Below, piece by piece: positions 34,998 to 47,075 of a stretch of DNA of 64,000 bases; within the stretch, counting starts at the first letter, position 1; each line of letters begins with the position of its first letter. Location of the stretch: positions 1 to 64,000 of the forward strand of contig QPMI01000148.1 in the NCBI GenBank assembly GCA_004431415.1, read 5' to 3'. A program made the translations under genes and the position numbers. Below the pieces are notes generated by a model. It made no database searches. It worked only from the letters and a program-made list of their open reading frames with translations, and was not told the DNA's origin. The stretch is from Cyanophora paradoxa CCMP329 (lineage: Eukaryota; Plantae; Glaucophyta).

Positions 34998-35660
34998 ATG
35001 GGCTACGGGTGGATCCCGGAGGAAGGGAAGCTGGACCTTGGGGGGGAGGGCCGGACGGAGTGGCCGGCGGCGGAGATCGCGGAGGCGGGGCACGAGAACA
35101 TCCGCGTGCTCAACCTCAGCGGGAACAAGCTCACACGCATCCCGGGGGCTGAGCTCGCCAAGCTGACGAACCTGGAGACGCTGTGGCTGCAGTGCAACCA
35201 GCTGATGGAGCTGCCGCCGGAGATCGGCCGCCTCGCCGCCCTGCAGGAGCTGGACGTGAACAGCAACCAGCTGACGGCGCTGCCGCCGGAGATCGGCCGT
35301 CTGGCCGCCCTGCAGGTACTGGACGTGTACAACAACCAGCTGACGGCGCTGCCGTCGGAGATCGGCCGCCTCCCCGCCCTGAAGGAGCTGCGGGTACACG
35401 GCAACCCCGTCGTGGACTCGTGGCCCGAGCACGTCCGCTTCATGACCTCCATGTTTATGTCCGGTGGAGCCCAGTTATCCGCCGTTGTGTTTCACCTCCG
35501 CTCCCTCGCGGCCCCCGCCGCCGCCGTGCGCCCCGCCGCCGCGTCCCCTTCGCCCCCGCGCCCTGCCCCTCACCCCGCGCCGCAGCCCGCCGCCCCAGGG
35601 TGACGTGCGCTTCTGGAGCGAGGACGACGTCGTCGCGTGGGTCCAATCTCCCGGCCGCCC
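34998..35660 (+). pseudogene. LRR gene paralog 4, truncated after the start of a SAM domain
   Basis: 5 LRRs, then GDVRFWSEDDVVAWVQS; the rest of SAM/TIR is absent and duplicated SMC6 sequence follows. Confidence 0.75.
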
Positions 35661-35956
35661 CGGCCCACGGTCCGCCCACCGCGCCCGCCCGCCCACCCGC
35701 CCGCGCGCTGAAGCCTCTGACGCGGCCGGCCGGGCGCCCGCGCAGCGCGCCCCCAGCCGGCCGCCCAGCTTTTCACAATGCGGACACAAAGACGGACACA
35801 ATGCGGCTAAAGACGGCCGGCCGGGCCAGGCCGGGCCGGGCAGGCTAAAGACGGCTAAAGAAACAAGTGTCGAGTGCGAAGTCGTGAGACGAGTTTACGC
35901 CCCTCACTTCGCGCCGCTGCCGGCGCCCTCCCGCCGCCGGCGTCGGCCGCCGGCCG

Positions 35957-36423
35957 CCGATCCTTCACCACGACGGCCTTCACGCTCGCCGTCGGCAGCA
36001 AGTGCCAGTCTCCCTTCCGCGTTATGGACGAGTTCGGTCCGCCTGTACCCCCCAGCCTTTCGCCCACTACCCCCCCCCCCCCCATCTTCCTGACTTCGCC
36101 CCGGACGCAGACGTCTTCATGGACGCCCAGAACAGGCAGATCACGATGGACCTTCTGCACGAGGCGCACGGCTCCATCGAGGGCGGCCGCAAGCAGTTCA
36201 TCTTCATCACGCCGCAGGACATCGCGTCCCAGGTCACGGAAGGCGTCCACGTCCAGAAGGCCCGCCCCCTCATTTTTTTCAAACTCGAATTCGATCTTCC
36301 TCCGATCCGCCGCCTCCCCCGGCGCCTGCGCTGACGCCTGTACCCCGCCCGCCCCCGCAGATCCTGCACCCGCGCCTGCAGGGCACCAACTCCCAGATGC
36401 GCATGGACAACTACGTCGAGTAG
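35957..36423 (+). pseudogene. Duplicated 3' fragment of SMC6 (inverted)
   Basis: Near-identical reverse complement of 41739-42196 including introns (RSFTTTAFTL..VMDEF/DVFMD..QFIFITPQD). Confidence 0.9.
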
Positions 36424-36624
36424 ATACAGCTAGAGGCGGTTCGAAGCTAGCTCTAGCTGCGCGTGCACAGCGGGCCGTGGGCACAGCGTGAATAGTAGTG
36501 AGAATAGTACCAGCCCGAACCGAGTCGAGAAGAGAGACGGGTGTGATTCTTGAGAAGGGGGCGGGGAGGGGCAGGACGGGAGATCTAAAATTCCTACGTG
36601 GAAGAAGCAAGGGGAGGCCGGGGC

Positions 36625-37146
36625 CTATCGCCTGCGGAGGAGCATGTACAGGAAAACGATGACGCCGACGACGAACAGCATGAGGTAGCACATGTGCTTG
36701 CTCCCGCCCTTCTTCACCATGTCGTTCAGCTTGGTCATGGTGTTCTTGAGCATGCCGCCGACGCCCACGAAGTCGCTGTCCATCGTGTCCAGCATCTTGT
36801 TCTGCGACTTCACCTCGTTGCCGATGTCGATAGTCAGCTGCGACGGGCGGCGTCGGTCAACCGCGAGAGCGGGCATATGAGGGCCGGCCCCACGCACATT
36901 CTTCAGAAGCGCGACCTTGCTGCCGAGCTCCTCAATCTGCGAGTCGTTCTGCTGCTCCAGCAGCTCCTCCGACGCCGCGTGGAGCTGGGACGAGCCCGCG
37001 CCACCCGCAGTGCCGAAGAGCGCCGAGCGCGCGCCCGGGTTGCTCCGCTCGCTGCGGAAGAGCAACGCGGGTCAGACCCACTACGCGAGTGGCGAAAGCA
37101 AGCCGGAACAAGTGACCAGGCCGCGCCGCGCGCACCGGAGGTTCAT
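36625..37146 (-). CDS. BET1: BET1-like Qc-SNARE (spliced; 5' end uncertain)
   Basis: LEQQNDSQIEELGSKVALLKN/LTIDIGNEVKSQNKMLDTMDSDF plus a C-terminal TM anchor. The first exon needs a small indel to join the frame. Confidence 0.88.
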
Positions 37147-37329
37147 GTTGGCGCCGGAAGCCGAGTAAGGGTTCGGGCGCATCCGCCGCGCAACGACCCG
37201 CCTGTCTGCTGTTCGAGAACCCGCTTCTGCGCCTCGCTTCTGCGCCTGACTTCTTTGCTCGCACGGGTACGGGTCTACTTGGTCGAGGCGGGTACAAAGA
37301 GCGAGTGACGACCAAAAGCGGGACGGTCT

Positions 37330-40300
37330 ATGGGTTCGCCGGAGGCCCCCTCCGCGCATTGCGCCGCTCTCTGAGGGTCTTGTGCGCAGTACAAGACGCG
37401 CGGCAGGCGCTTCAGCGAGGCGCCGAGTCGGTGGTCGAAGAGCTGCTGGACATTGCCGCACAGAACTACCGGAAGGCCGTCGGGACGCCGATGCCCGCGG
37501 CTGTGACCAAGCGGCTCAACATCAGCCCCCACAGCGAGATTAACGGCGGCTTGCAAGTGCCGACGAAAGGCGAGTAGAGCGAGGCACTGCGCTAGCTAGC
37601 ACAGCTGCTGGGTCGCCCGAGACCGACAGAGGCCGCTTGAAACTGACTCCGCCGCGCCGCCGCACCCCGCAGGTGATGCCGTCCCTTCGCCGCGCTCCAG
37701 CAAGTTCCAGTCCGTCATGCCGACCGACGAGGAGCCGCTCGCGTCGAAGAAGAGCATAAGGAGCTTCAAGGTGCGTGCCAGCGCGCTCTTCGCGCCCGGG
37801 GCCCGCGCTGACTGTGCCCCGCGCAGCTGAGCCTGGACGCCATTCCCGACGAGAAGGCCGGCGACGCGGAGGCCGAGGAGGCGGAGGTCGAGTACGATGA
37901 CGCCATGGAGCGCGCGGCGATCAAGATCCAGAAGGTGGCACGGGGCTACCGGGCGCGCAAGAAGCACGGGCGGCGGGGCAGGCGGCGCGCCCAGAAGGAA
38001 CACTCGAAGGAGGAGCTGGAGAAGGCCGCGGTGACGATCCAGCGCTACGCGAAGGGGTACATCGTTCGCAAGTCGATGAAGCGCGAGCGAGGGGCCCCGG
38101 AGGCAGCGGCGGGGGCGGCGGGGGCGGCCGAGGAGGCCCCGCCGCCCACGGCGGACGAGCTGGAGGCCGCGGCGCTCATGATCCAGAAGCACGCGCGGGG
38201 GTACATCGTTCGCAAGAAGACGTCGCGGCAGGGCTCGGTGTCGAGCCAGGGCCAGCCGGCCGGCGGCTCGGGCGCTGCGGAGCCGTCCCCAGCCTCGCGG
38301 GAGGTGACGCAGGAGGAGCTGGACAGGGCCGCCGTGACCATCCAGCGCTACGCCAAGGGACACGTCGTGCGGAAGCGGATGTCTCGGCAGGGCTCGATGG
38401 ACAGCGGCAGCGGCGGCGGCGGCGGCGGCGGCGGCGGTAGCGGCGGCGGGCAGCGGAAGGAAGAGGGGGAGGAGCAGGGACCCAGGCCCACGAAGGAGGA
38501 GGTGCGGGGGGCGATGGCCGTCCTGGAGAGGCACGCGGCGGCGCAGCGGGGGCCCGGGCTCGACCCGGCGGCCTCGGCGGGGGCCCAGACGGCCGAGGAG
38601 CTCGAGCGGGCGGCGACCACCATCCAGCGTTACGCCAAGGGGTACATGGTCCGCAAGAAGCAGGGGCGGGGCCGGCGGCGGCAGCAGCGGGCGGCGGACG
38701 AGGTGGAGGCGGCGGCGGTCACGATCCAGCGGTACGCGCGGGGGTACATGACCCGCAAGCGGGCGGCGTCGATCCGGGCCTCCTCCTCGGCGGCCGGCGG
38801 CGAGGGCGAGGGCGAGGGCGGGGGCGGGGCGCCGCGGGGCCGGGACGAGGTGGAGCGCGCGGCGCTGACGATCCAGCGGCACCTGCGGGGCTACCAGGCG
38901 CGGAAGAAGCACGGGCGGCGGCGGCGGCGGCGGGCGTCGACGAGGGAGGAGGAGGAGGCGGCGGCGATCAAGATCCAGAAGGTGGCGAGGGGCCACCGAG
39001 TCCGGCGCTCCCTCTCCCAACAGCACCAGAAGGACGCCGGCGCCGGCGGGGGCGGGGGCGGAGCGGGAGGGGGGTACGGCTCCTCCGCGTCCGTCGCGAC
39101 TCGGGTCGTGGCGAAGGAGGACGCGGGGGTGCAGACCGACGAGCCGCTCCTGCCGCCGCCGCCGGCCTTCGGCGACAGCGGGAAGACGCCGCTGCCGTGG
39201 GCGCGGCAGCCGCCGCTGCACCACACGGCGGGGGCGCACTCGCCCGAGCCCGGCGGGTCGCCCTCGCGGCCGCGGAGCCCGCAGCGAAGCGCCCGCTCCG
39301 TCGCCTCGCGCCGCTCGCTGCGCGCGACGGACGACGACAACGACGTCGAGTACGACGCCGGCGGCGGCGCCTCGCACCCGCCGCCCGGCGCCGGCGCCTC
39401 CGCGCGGGGCGAGTCGCTCCGCGCCTCCGCCGAGTCGCGCTCTTCGCGGGCCCCCGCGGGGCCGGCGCCGCCCGCCCCGAGACCCTCTCGCCCGAGGAGG
39501 TCGCCGCCGAGGTGCGCCGTACCCCCTCCCGCTTCCTCCCCCCTCTTCCCCCCGCACCCGCCGAGCGGTCGCGGCATGCAGGTTGCGGCGCTGAAGCGGC
39601 GGGTGGACGCGCTCTTTCCCGAGGACGGCGCGGGGGCCGGCCCCGTGCCCACCGCCGCCGAGGCCGCCGCGGCCGGCGTACCCCCTCGGAGGTCTCCCCC
39701 CGCCCCAGCGGCCGGGCGGCTCGGCCGGCTCCTCCCGCGGGCGCTCGCTGGTCGGGTCGGGCGGGTCGGGCCGCTCGCCCTGGAGCGCCCGGCGGCCGCG
39801 GAGCAAGAGCCCCGGGGACAAGCAGGACACGGCGCGCTCGGGGCTGGGCCGCAGCGCCAACCGGCGGCTGCGGGAGGCGCTGCGGACGGCGGAGCGGGAG
39901 CGCGGCTTCCACGGGGGTACGACGCCGGTCTGGGAACGGCGTATCCCGGCCTACGACGCGGTGCTAGACCCGCACTGCACGTGGGTCGAGCGGCCCGCCT
40001 TCTGGAGCGCCGTGCGGGGCGCCCAGGTCCTCTCGCCCGAGCAGCAGCGGGCCCTCCTCCGCCGCGTGGCGCGGGGCGCCGGCAGCCCGATCGCGGCGGC
40101 GCGGCAGCTCGAGCAGATGGCTGCGGCCCTTCGCGCCGCCGTCGACGACGGTACCCCCGCGCCGACTCGGACGCCGGCCCGGGCTCCCCCGCGGGGGCCG
40201 GCCCCGGCCCGGCCACGCCTTCCCCCACTCCCGCTCCGCCTCGGCGGCCCTGCCGGCCCCGGACCTCTTCCCCCCTTCCGCGACCCCTCGCCGCCCTCGC

Positions 40301-41109
40301 GCCTCCGCGGCGCCCGCCCCGCCTCCGCCTCGGCCCTCGCCGCCGGCCCCGCCCGCGCCGCCGTCGTCGCGCGGCCCGCCTCGGCCGCCCCGGCGCGCGC
40401 CTGCGGCTCTCAGCGGGCGCCGGGGCCGGCCGCGCGGCGGGGCCGGCGGCGGCGGCCTTCTCGTCCGTGGAGGACGAGCTCGGCCCGATCGACCCGGCGA
40501 CGGCGGCCGGGGGCCCGGCGTGCGAGGCGGCGTGCGAGGCGGCCAAGGCGCGGCTGGAGCAGCTGTGGGCGGAGCTCTACTACCCGATGGGGGAGCGGGC
40601 GCGGGTGCGGGGCGCCCTCTTCGGGGCCTCCAACCCCTCCGTCCTGGCGGCCCTCCGCTCCCAGCTCGACGACGCCCTCGCCTACCGCTCTTTGGTCCGC
40701 CGTACCCCTGCCCGCCCCGCCCCCCGGCGGGGGTACGTTCTCATCGGGCGGGGGTACCGGTGCAGGTTGTGGAGGTGCTGCGGCAGATTCGGGCGCGGGA
40801 GGCGCTGCTTGAGGAGATCGAGGATGAGGGGGCGGGCCTGGACGAGGCGCGCATCGGGCAGCTGCTGCGGCTCTCGCGCGCCGCCCTCGCCGCCATCGCC
40901 GCCTGGCGCGACGCCTTCTGGTGGAACAAGGTCTTCATGTTCCGCGGTGCGCGGCGTACCCCCGCGGGCCTCGAGAGGCGTACCCCCGCCCCTTACAATT
41001 ACGCTGGGCAGGCGTGGACTACGCGGCGAAGGTGGAGGGGGACCTCCAGTTCCTGCGGGACCAGGGCGTCGACGTGGCGGGCGCGGGGGCGGGCGGGGCG
41101 CCCCCGTGA
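37330..41109 (+). CDS. Multi-IQ (8 motifs) calmodulin-binding protein, multi-exon; start uncertain
   Basis: Eight AAxxIQxxxRG/KGxxxRK motifs at 37910-39010. The helical C-term ending AWRDAFWWNKVFMFRGVDYAAKVEGDL weakly recalls CCDC87/MAP65-type tails. Confidence 0.8.
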
Positions 41110-41279
41110 CCGCCGCCAAGGGCGGGGCGGGGCGGCCCTCTTACAGATTGCAGCCGAGGTCTAGATCAAACAGGGGACCGAATGATGTTACTGAATGCAT
41201 TATATTAATCATGAATCTTGAATGAACGAAAGTGTCGACGCTGCATTTGAGCTCGCGCGCAACAGTACCGTAGTGCAGC

Positions 41280-41528
41280 ACATCCGCACTGCGGCAACGA
41301 GGTGAAGTCGCAGAACAAGATGCCATGATGCTGGACACGATCATCGGATGGACAGTGACTTCGTGGGCGTCGGCCGCCGGGCGGCATGCTCAAGAACCGT
41401 TGAACACCATGCATATGACCAAGCTGAACGACATGGTGAAGAAGGGCGGGAGCAAGCACATGTGCTACCTCATGCTGTTCGTCGTCGGCGTTATCGTTTT
41501 CCTGTACATGCTCCTCCGCAGGCGATAG
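41280..41528 (+). pseudogene. Duplicated 3' fragment of BET1 with multiple micro-insertions
   Basis: Reverse complement of 36625-36830, interrupted by six 6-8 bp insertions. Confidence 0.92.
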
Positions 41529-41738
41529 GCCCCGGCCTCCCCTTGCTTCTTCCTCGTAGGAATTCGAACTTCAGATCCCCCGTCCTGCCCCCTCCCCGCC
41601 CCCTTCTCAAGAATCACACCAGTCTCTCGTCTCGACTCTGTTCGGGCTGGTACTATTGATATAGTCACACTACTATTCACGCCGCGCCCACGGCCCGCTG
41701 TGCACTCGCAGCTAGAACTAGATCCAAACTACCTCCAG

Positions 41739-44700
41739 CTACTCGACGTAGTCGTCCATGCGCATCTGGGAGTCGGTGCCCTGCAGGCGCGGGTGCAGGA
41801 TCTGCGGGGGCGGGCGGGGTACAGGCGTCAGCGCAGGCGCCGGGGGAGGCGGCGGATCGGAGGAAGATCGAATTCGAATTTGAAAAAATGAGGGGGCGGG
41901 CCTTCTGGACGTGGACGCCCTCCGTGACCTGGGACGCGATGTCCTGCGGCGTGATGAAGATGAACTGCTTGCGGCCGCCCTCGATGGTGCCGTGCGCCTT
42001 GTGCAGGAGGTCCATCGTGATCTGCCTGTTCTGAGCATCCATGAAGACGTCTGCGCGCGGGGCGAAGTCAGAAGAGTCAGGCGTGGGGGGGGGATGGAAT
42101 GCCGGGTACAGGCGCACCGAACTCGTCCATGACGCGGAAGGGCGACTGGCACTTGCTGCCGACGGCGAGCGTGAAGGCCGTCGTGGTGAAGGATCGCTCC
42201 CCGCCCGAGAGCGTCTTGAGGTCCCGCGTGCTCTCCTGGTCCGCGCGCCCCGGGAGCACCGGCTGCGCGGGGCGGGGCGGGGCGGGGCGGGGCGGGGCGG
42301 TTGAGGCGGGGCGGGCGGCGAGGCACGGGGCGCCGACCTTAATCTCGAGGGTGCGATTTTGCTGGTCAAACGTGACCGAGCCGTTGCACCCCGGCCGGAG
42401 CTCCATGCACGTCCCGAAGATCTGTGCGGGTTTCAATGTTCGAAGATCTGCGCGGGCAGGACCGGCCAGGCCGAGCCGCTCACATAGTTGATTTCGTCGG
42501 CGTACGTCTCCTCCATTTTCTCCAGCTGCTTGATGCGCTTTCCCAGCAGACGGGAGAGCTCCTGCGTCGGCGTCAGGCGCGGGGAAGGGCGGGGGGGGCG
42601 GGCGGGGCGCGCGTTCAGGTTGTCCTCCGCCCCATCGCACTGCCGCTGCAGGGTTGCGAGCTTGGAACGGGCCGACTCGTACTGCTCCTTCGCCTCCTCA
42701 ACGCTCATTCCGCCGCGCCTGCGCCCAGCGATCAGCGCGACGGGAGCCCGTGCGCGGGCAGCCGGCTAGCCGGCCGGCCGGCGCGCACCGCTGCTGCTCC
42801 TCCTGGCGGTGCTTCTCGGCCCGCCTGATGTCCCGAGCGACAGAGTCGGGCGTCTTGCCCTCCAGGTCGACGTCCTCCCGGTGGCACATCTCCGCCGCCT
42901 GCCCCTCCGCGTCCGCCACCTGCCGCCGCTGCGCCTCCACCCGCTGCGCCGCGAGCTCCAGCGCGCCCTCCGCGTCCCGCAGCTTGCACTCTGCCTTCTG
43001 CACGGACCTCTCCGCCTTCCCGATGCTCTTCGTGAGGTTCTCGACCTCGTCCTGTCCAAGGGGCGTGAGGGAGCGAGGGGCGTGAGGGAGCGGCCGGCGG
43101 CGCGGGCGGGCGGGCGGGCGGCAGGGCGCCCGCGCACCGTGATTTCCTTGAGCCTCGCCTGCGCTTCGGCCTTCTGGTCCTCTGCGGCCTTGTGGGCCGC
43201 GGCCGCCGCGTGCGCCTCCTGCTTCATCCCCTCGATCTCCCCCTGCTTCGCCGCCAGCTCCCCCGAGCACTCGGAGAGGCGCTTCTCGAGCGCCTGCGGC
43301 GCCGCGGCGGAGCGTCAGGACGGGCGCGCCCCGGGCGAGTGCGCTTCTCTTCGTTCGCACGGCGACGTTGCCCTCCAGATCGGCGATCGAGCCCTCCTCC
43401 TGCTGCGGCTCGCGCTTCTCCTCGTCCTCGCGCTTGTACCGCGCCTGGAACATCTGCCTCTCCGCATCCCTGATGCGGTGCTGCGCGGGGCGTCGGCGCG
43501 CGCTCGCTCGCTCGCTCGCGGAGTGCAGACGTCGAGGGCTTGGAACTTGTCGCGGACGACCTTGAGCGCCCTCTCGGCCTCGCCCTTGCGGGACAGGGCG
43601 TCGGCCCTGGCCTGGGTCTCCTTCTTCATCTGCCGCCTGGCCTCTCTGCGAGGCGGGCGACGGCGAGTCAGGGGGCGGCTCGGCGCGGCCCGCAGGGCGC
43701 CGCAGGCGGCACGAAGGGAAGCGAGCGCACTCGATCGTCTCGTCGAAGTTCTCGTCGAAAAAGTTGATGGCCGTGCGGCGCTGGTGCGATTTCGTGATCT
43801 CCGTCATGCCCCTAATAGACAAGGACGTGCCGTCCGCCATTAAAACGCCGGAGCAGTCCTTTCGGTGCGCTGCGGAGGGCGGTCGCGGCGGCCGGATCGG
43901 GGCGCGATAGAAAGCGCAATCGGGGCCGGGGCGACGCACCGAAAGCGACCTTCTGCGCGTCGTCGGCGTTCTCGAAGAGCCACGTGCTCTCTATGCGGAA
44001 CGAGTCGACGAGCATGTTGAAGACGGAGGGGTGCGAGACCTCCAAGACCGAGGCAACCGTCACGGCGCCCTGCTCCGGCGCCGGCGCGTTCGCGGCCAGG
44101 TGCCGCTCCTGCGGGCGGCGTCAGGGACGGGAGGGGGGGGGGAAGGGAGGGGGGTACAGGCGCGCACCGGATACCTGTCCTCGCCCTGGCGCCGCGTGAT
44201 CACGGAGATGAACTGATCACTGCGGGTCGCGTCAGTCGGTCGGTCGGGCGGGAGGGCGGTTGGTCGGCCGAGCGCCCCGCGGGCGGGCGCGGGAGGGAGG
44301 AAAAGGGGGGTACGGGGCGCCGCGCACTCGACGCCGGCCTGCCTGGCCAGCTGCATGAGCCGCCTCTCGTCCTCGCGGTTCGACACGATGAAGGAGCGGA
44401 GCGCTTGGCCGACGCAGGCCTCGGCGGCGACGGCCCAGCGCCTGTCCTTCAGGCGCACGAACTTGCCTGCGGGGCAAAGCTCAGTGGGGCCCGGCCCGAA
44501 GCAAAGCGGCGCGGGCGCACCGATGGGGCCGACGGGTTTCTGACGGAAGTCGCCGGCGCGCTGCTCGACGAGCTTCACGAGCCGCGACATGTTGCGCGCC
44601 AGGGCCTCGATCCGGTCGCCCTTGGCCCCGATCGCCGTCTCCTCCGCAGCGCGCGCCTTGCGGATCGCCTCGTCGATCCGATTGACATCGGCCGCGAGGT

Positions 44701-46849
44701 CCGAGACGGCCTTGTGGGCTTGGTTGCGCTCGTCCACCATCTCCTGCTGCGCCCTCTTGAGCTCCTCGACCTCGTTGGAATACTCCTGCTCCGCCTGCGC
44801 CAGCCGCGCCACCCGCTCCTGCCACGCCTGCCGCAGCGACCTGGAGGGCAACAGCGTCGTCGTCGGCCCGGGGGCGGCCCGGCTCCCGCTCAGGCGGGGA
44901 CGGGGGCGGAGGGGCGGACTCGACGTCTCGGGACTGCTTGGCGCGCGCGGCGTCCAGCTCCCTCCGCGCCGCTGCGAGCTCCTTCTCCAGTCGCTTGACC
45001 TCTTTCTCCTTGCCAGACAGGGCGCTCTGCGGGCGCGGGCGCGGGCGGCGGTCGGCCACGGGCGCGCCTCGCGGGACGCAGATGATGAGCTCCCGCGCGG
45101 ACCTTGGCGCGGTTCAGGGTGCCCGTGGTGTCCGCGACGGCCGCGTAAGCGGCGTCCGCCGCCTGCGTTGCGTCGCGCTCCGCCTGGAAGCGCGAGTCGG
45201 CCTCCGGCTCGAGGGCCCGGTACTGCTCCTGCAAGTGGGCGCTGTTGGCGCGCGCCGAGTCCAGGGCCTGCTGCCCCCCGTCGACTCTGATCTGCGCCGC
45301 CCCCAGCTCCTCTTCCAGGCCCGCCAGCTTCTGCTCGCCACGAATGAACGGGCGTGAGCGCGCCGCTGAACAGGCCCGCGCGCGGCGAGGCGAGGCGGGG
45401 CGTGGGCGGCCGCGGGGCGCACGTTCTCCTCCTCCGCGACATGAAGCCAGGCAAGCTCGCACTTGTGCCGCTTGATAACTTCCTCCATGCTTTCCAGCTC
45501 CATCAGCTTCTCGTAGACCTGCCGCTTCTCCTCGACCGCCTTCTCCATCGCCGGGAAAGTCTGCCGCCCGCCCGCGCCCGCCGCGTCACGCAGCGTCGCA
45601 CGGAGCGCTGCGGGGGAGGGAGGGAGGGTCGCCGTGGCGGGGCCACCTTGCGCTTGTCCTCGAGGACGGCGCGGTACTGTTCGCACATCTGCTGGGCCTT
45701 CGTGTAGTTCTCGCGCGTCTCGTCGAACTGCATCGCGGTCGTGTAGAACTGCGCGAGACCGATCGTCAGGGGCGGCTCCGCGGGGCGGGCGGGCGGGCGG
45801 GCGCCGGCGCGCTCGCCTTGAAGAGCGACTTTTCGTCCGTCTTCTGCAGGAACTCCTTCGCCTGATCTTGCATCATAACGACGCAGGGGTTCCTGCGCCG
45901 GAGTCAGAGCCGATCGGGGGCAGCGCGGCGCGCTGGCGTAGCGCGCCCGACTTGGATATCCCAGTGATTCACGATGGCATCCACGAGACGACGCGCATCC
46001 TTGCCCTTCGTTCTCTGCCCTACACGCGCAAGCGTGAGTCGCCGCCGCCGTCCGCCGCCGGCCAGGAGCGAAGGGCCAACGCGGACCGTTCTCGCCGGTG
46101 ACGCAGAAATCGGATTGCCCGTTGGTGCGAATGGTGCGCTCGATGCTGATGTGCTTCCCGAACTCGTCCTGCCGGAACGGGTTGCTGCCCTGGTTGCACA
46201 GCACGACTTCCACCTTCGCCCTGCGCAGCTCTGCGTCGGCCCGGGCGGGCGGAGCTGGCCGCGTGTGGCGCACTCTCGAATCTCGTTGCTGCCTCCCTTG
46301 TTGAGAACGAAGTCCTGCGGCCGCAAGGTTGGCGTTCACCGCGGCAGGCGCGTTCAGGTGAACCTACCTTCAGGGACCGCGCCCTGTTGGTCTTGTTGGC
46401 CCTTGCGCCAAGGCAAACGATCAAGGCGGTCGCCATCGCACTCTTTCCGGACCCGTTGGCGCCTGCGCAGCCAGGGTCGGCTGAAGGGAGACAGAGGTGA
46501 ACATGCGCTCGGCGACGCGCGGCATGCACCAGTGACGTAGTTCATCTTCGGACCGAACATAGTGTCGACCTTCTTGTGGCTGCGCTCGTCTCGGTCCGCA
46601 GCGCGGGCAGCGCGGCTCAAAGATTTGAAAGTACCACATAAAATTGCTGAGGCGGATGCCCTGCACGCTGCCAGACACGAAGCCCTCCGGAGGCTTCGCG
46701 AAGTACCTCAAGCTCCAGGAGCTGTCATCCGGGGACCGCTTCCGCTTCCCAGCTTTTGTCTGCGCGGGCTGCGACGGGCCCGCCTGAGACTCCGGCTGTG
46801 CGTAGTCCTCCGTCTCCGACTCCTCCTCTAGCCGCCGGCGCGGGGCCAT
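41739..46849 (-). CDS. SMC6: Structural maintenance of chromosomes protein 6 (many introns)
   Basis: IRLSNFM..FGPKMNYVTG/ANGSGKSA..CLGARANKTNR; hinge PVGPIG..WAVAAEACVG; signature TLSGGERSF, Walker B VMDEFDVFMD, QFIFITPQD. Confidence 0.95.
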
Positions 46850-47075
46850 CGATCCTTTAACTTCGAATCCCTTGACGCAAGGGTACGGCGAACGCAATTG
46901 TAGCCGTACCCCTTCGATCTCGAAGAACTTCCAGCCTTCTTCTCCCCGTGAACCCCGAGCAGGGTGTGAGGGAGCATCCAGTCGATTTTAAGCAGGTTCG
47001 CGGTTCCCGCCTCTCGCCATCAGTGCGACTCGCGACCTGGCGCTTCTCGCAGACGATCAGCAGCCTCGAACCAAA

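Noticed and set aside
37596-39860. 754-aa minus-strand ORF and similar antisense ORFs over the LRR and SMC6 genes
   Set aside because: Shadow frames of GC3-rich genes on the opposite strand.
41739-46849. SMC6 as part of an antiviral island
   Set aside because: SMC5/6 can restrict viral DNA in animals, but this is an ordinary housekeeping gene beside SNU13 and BET1; proximity alone is not evidence.
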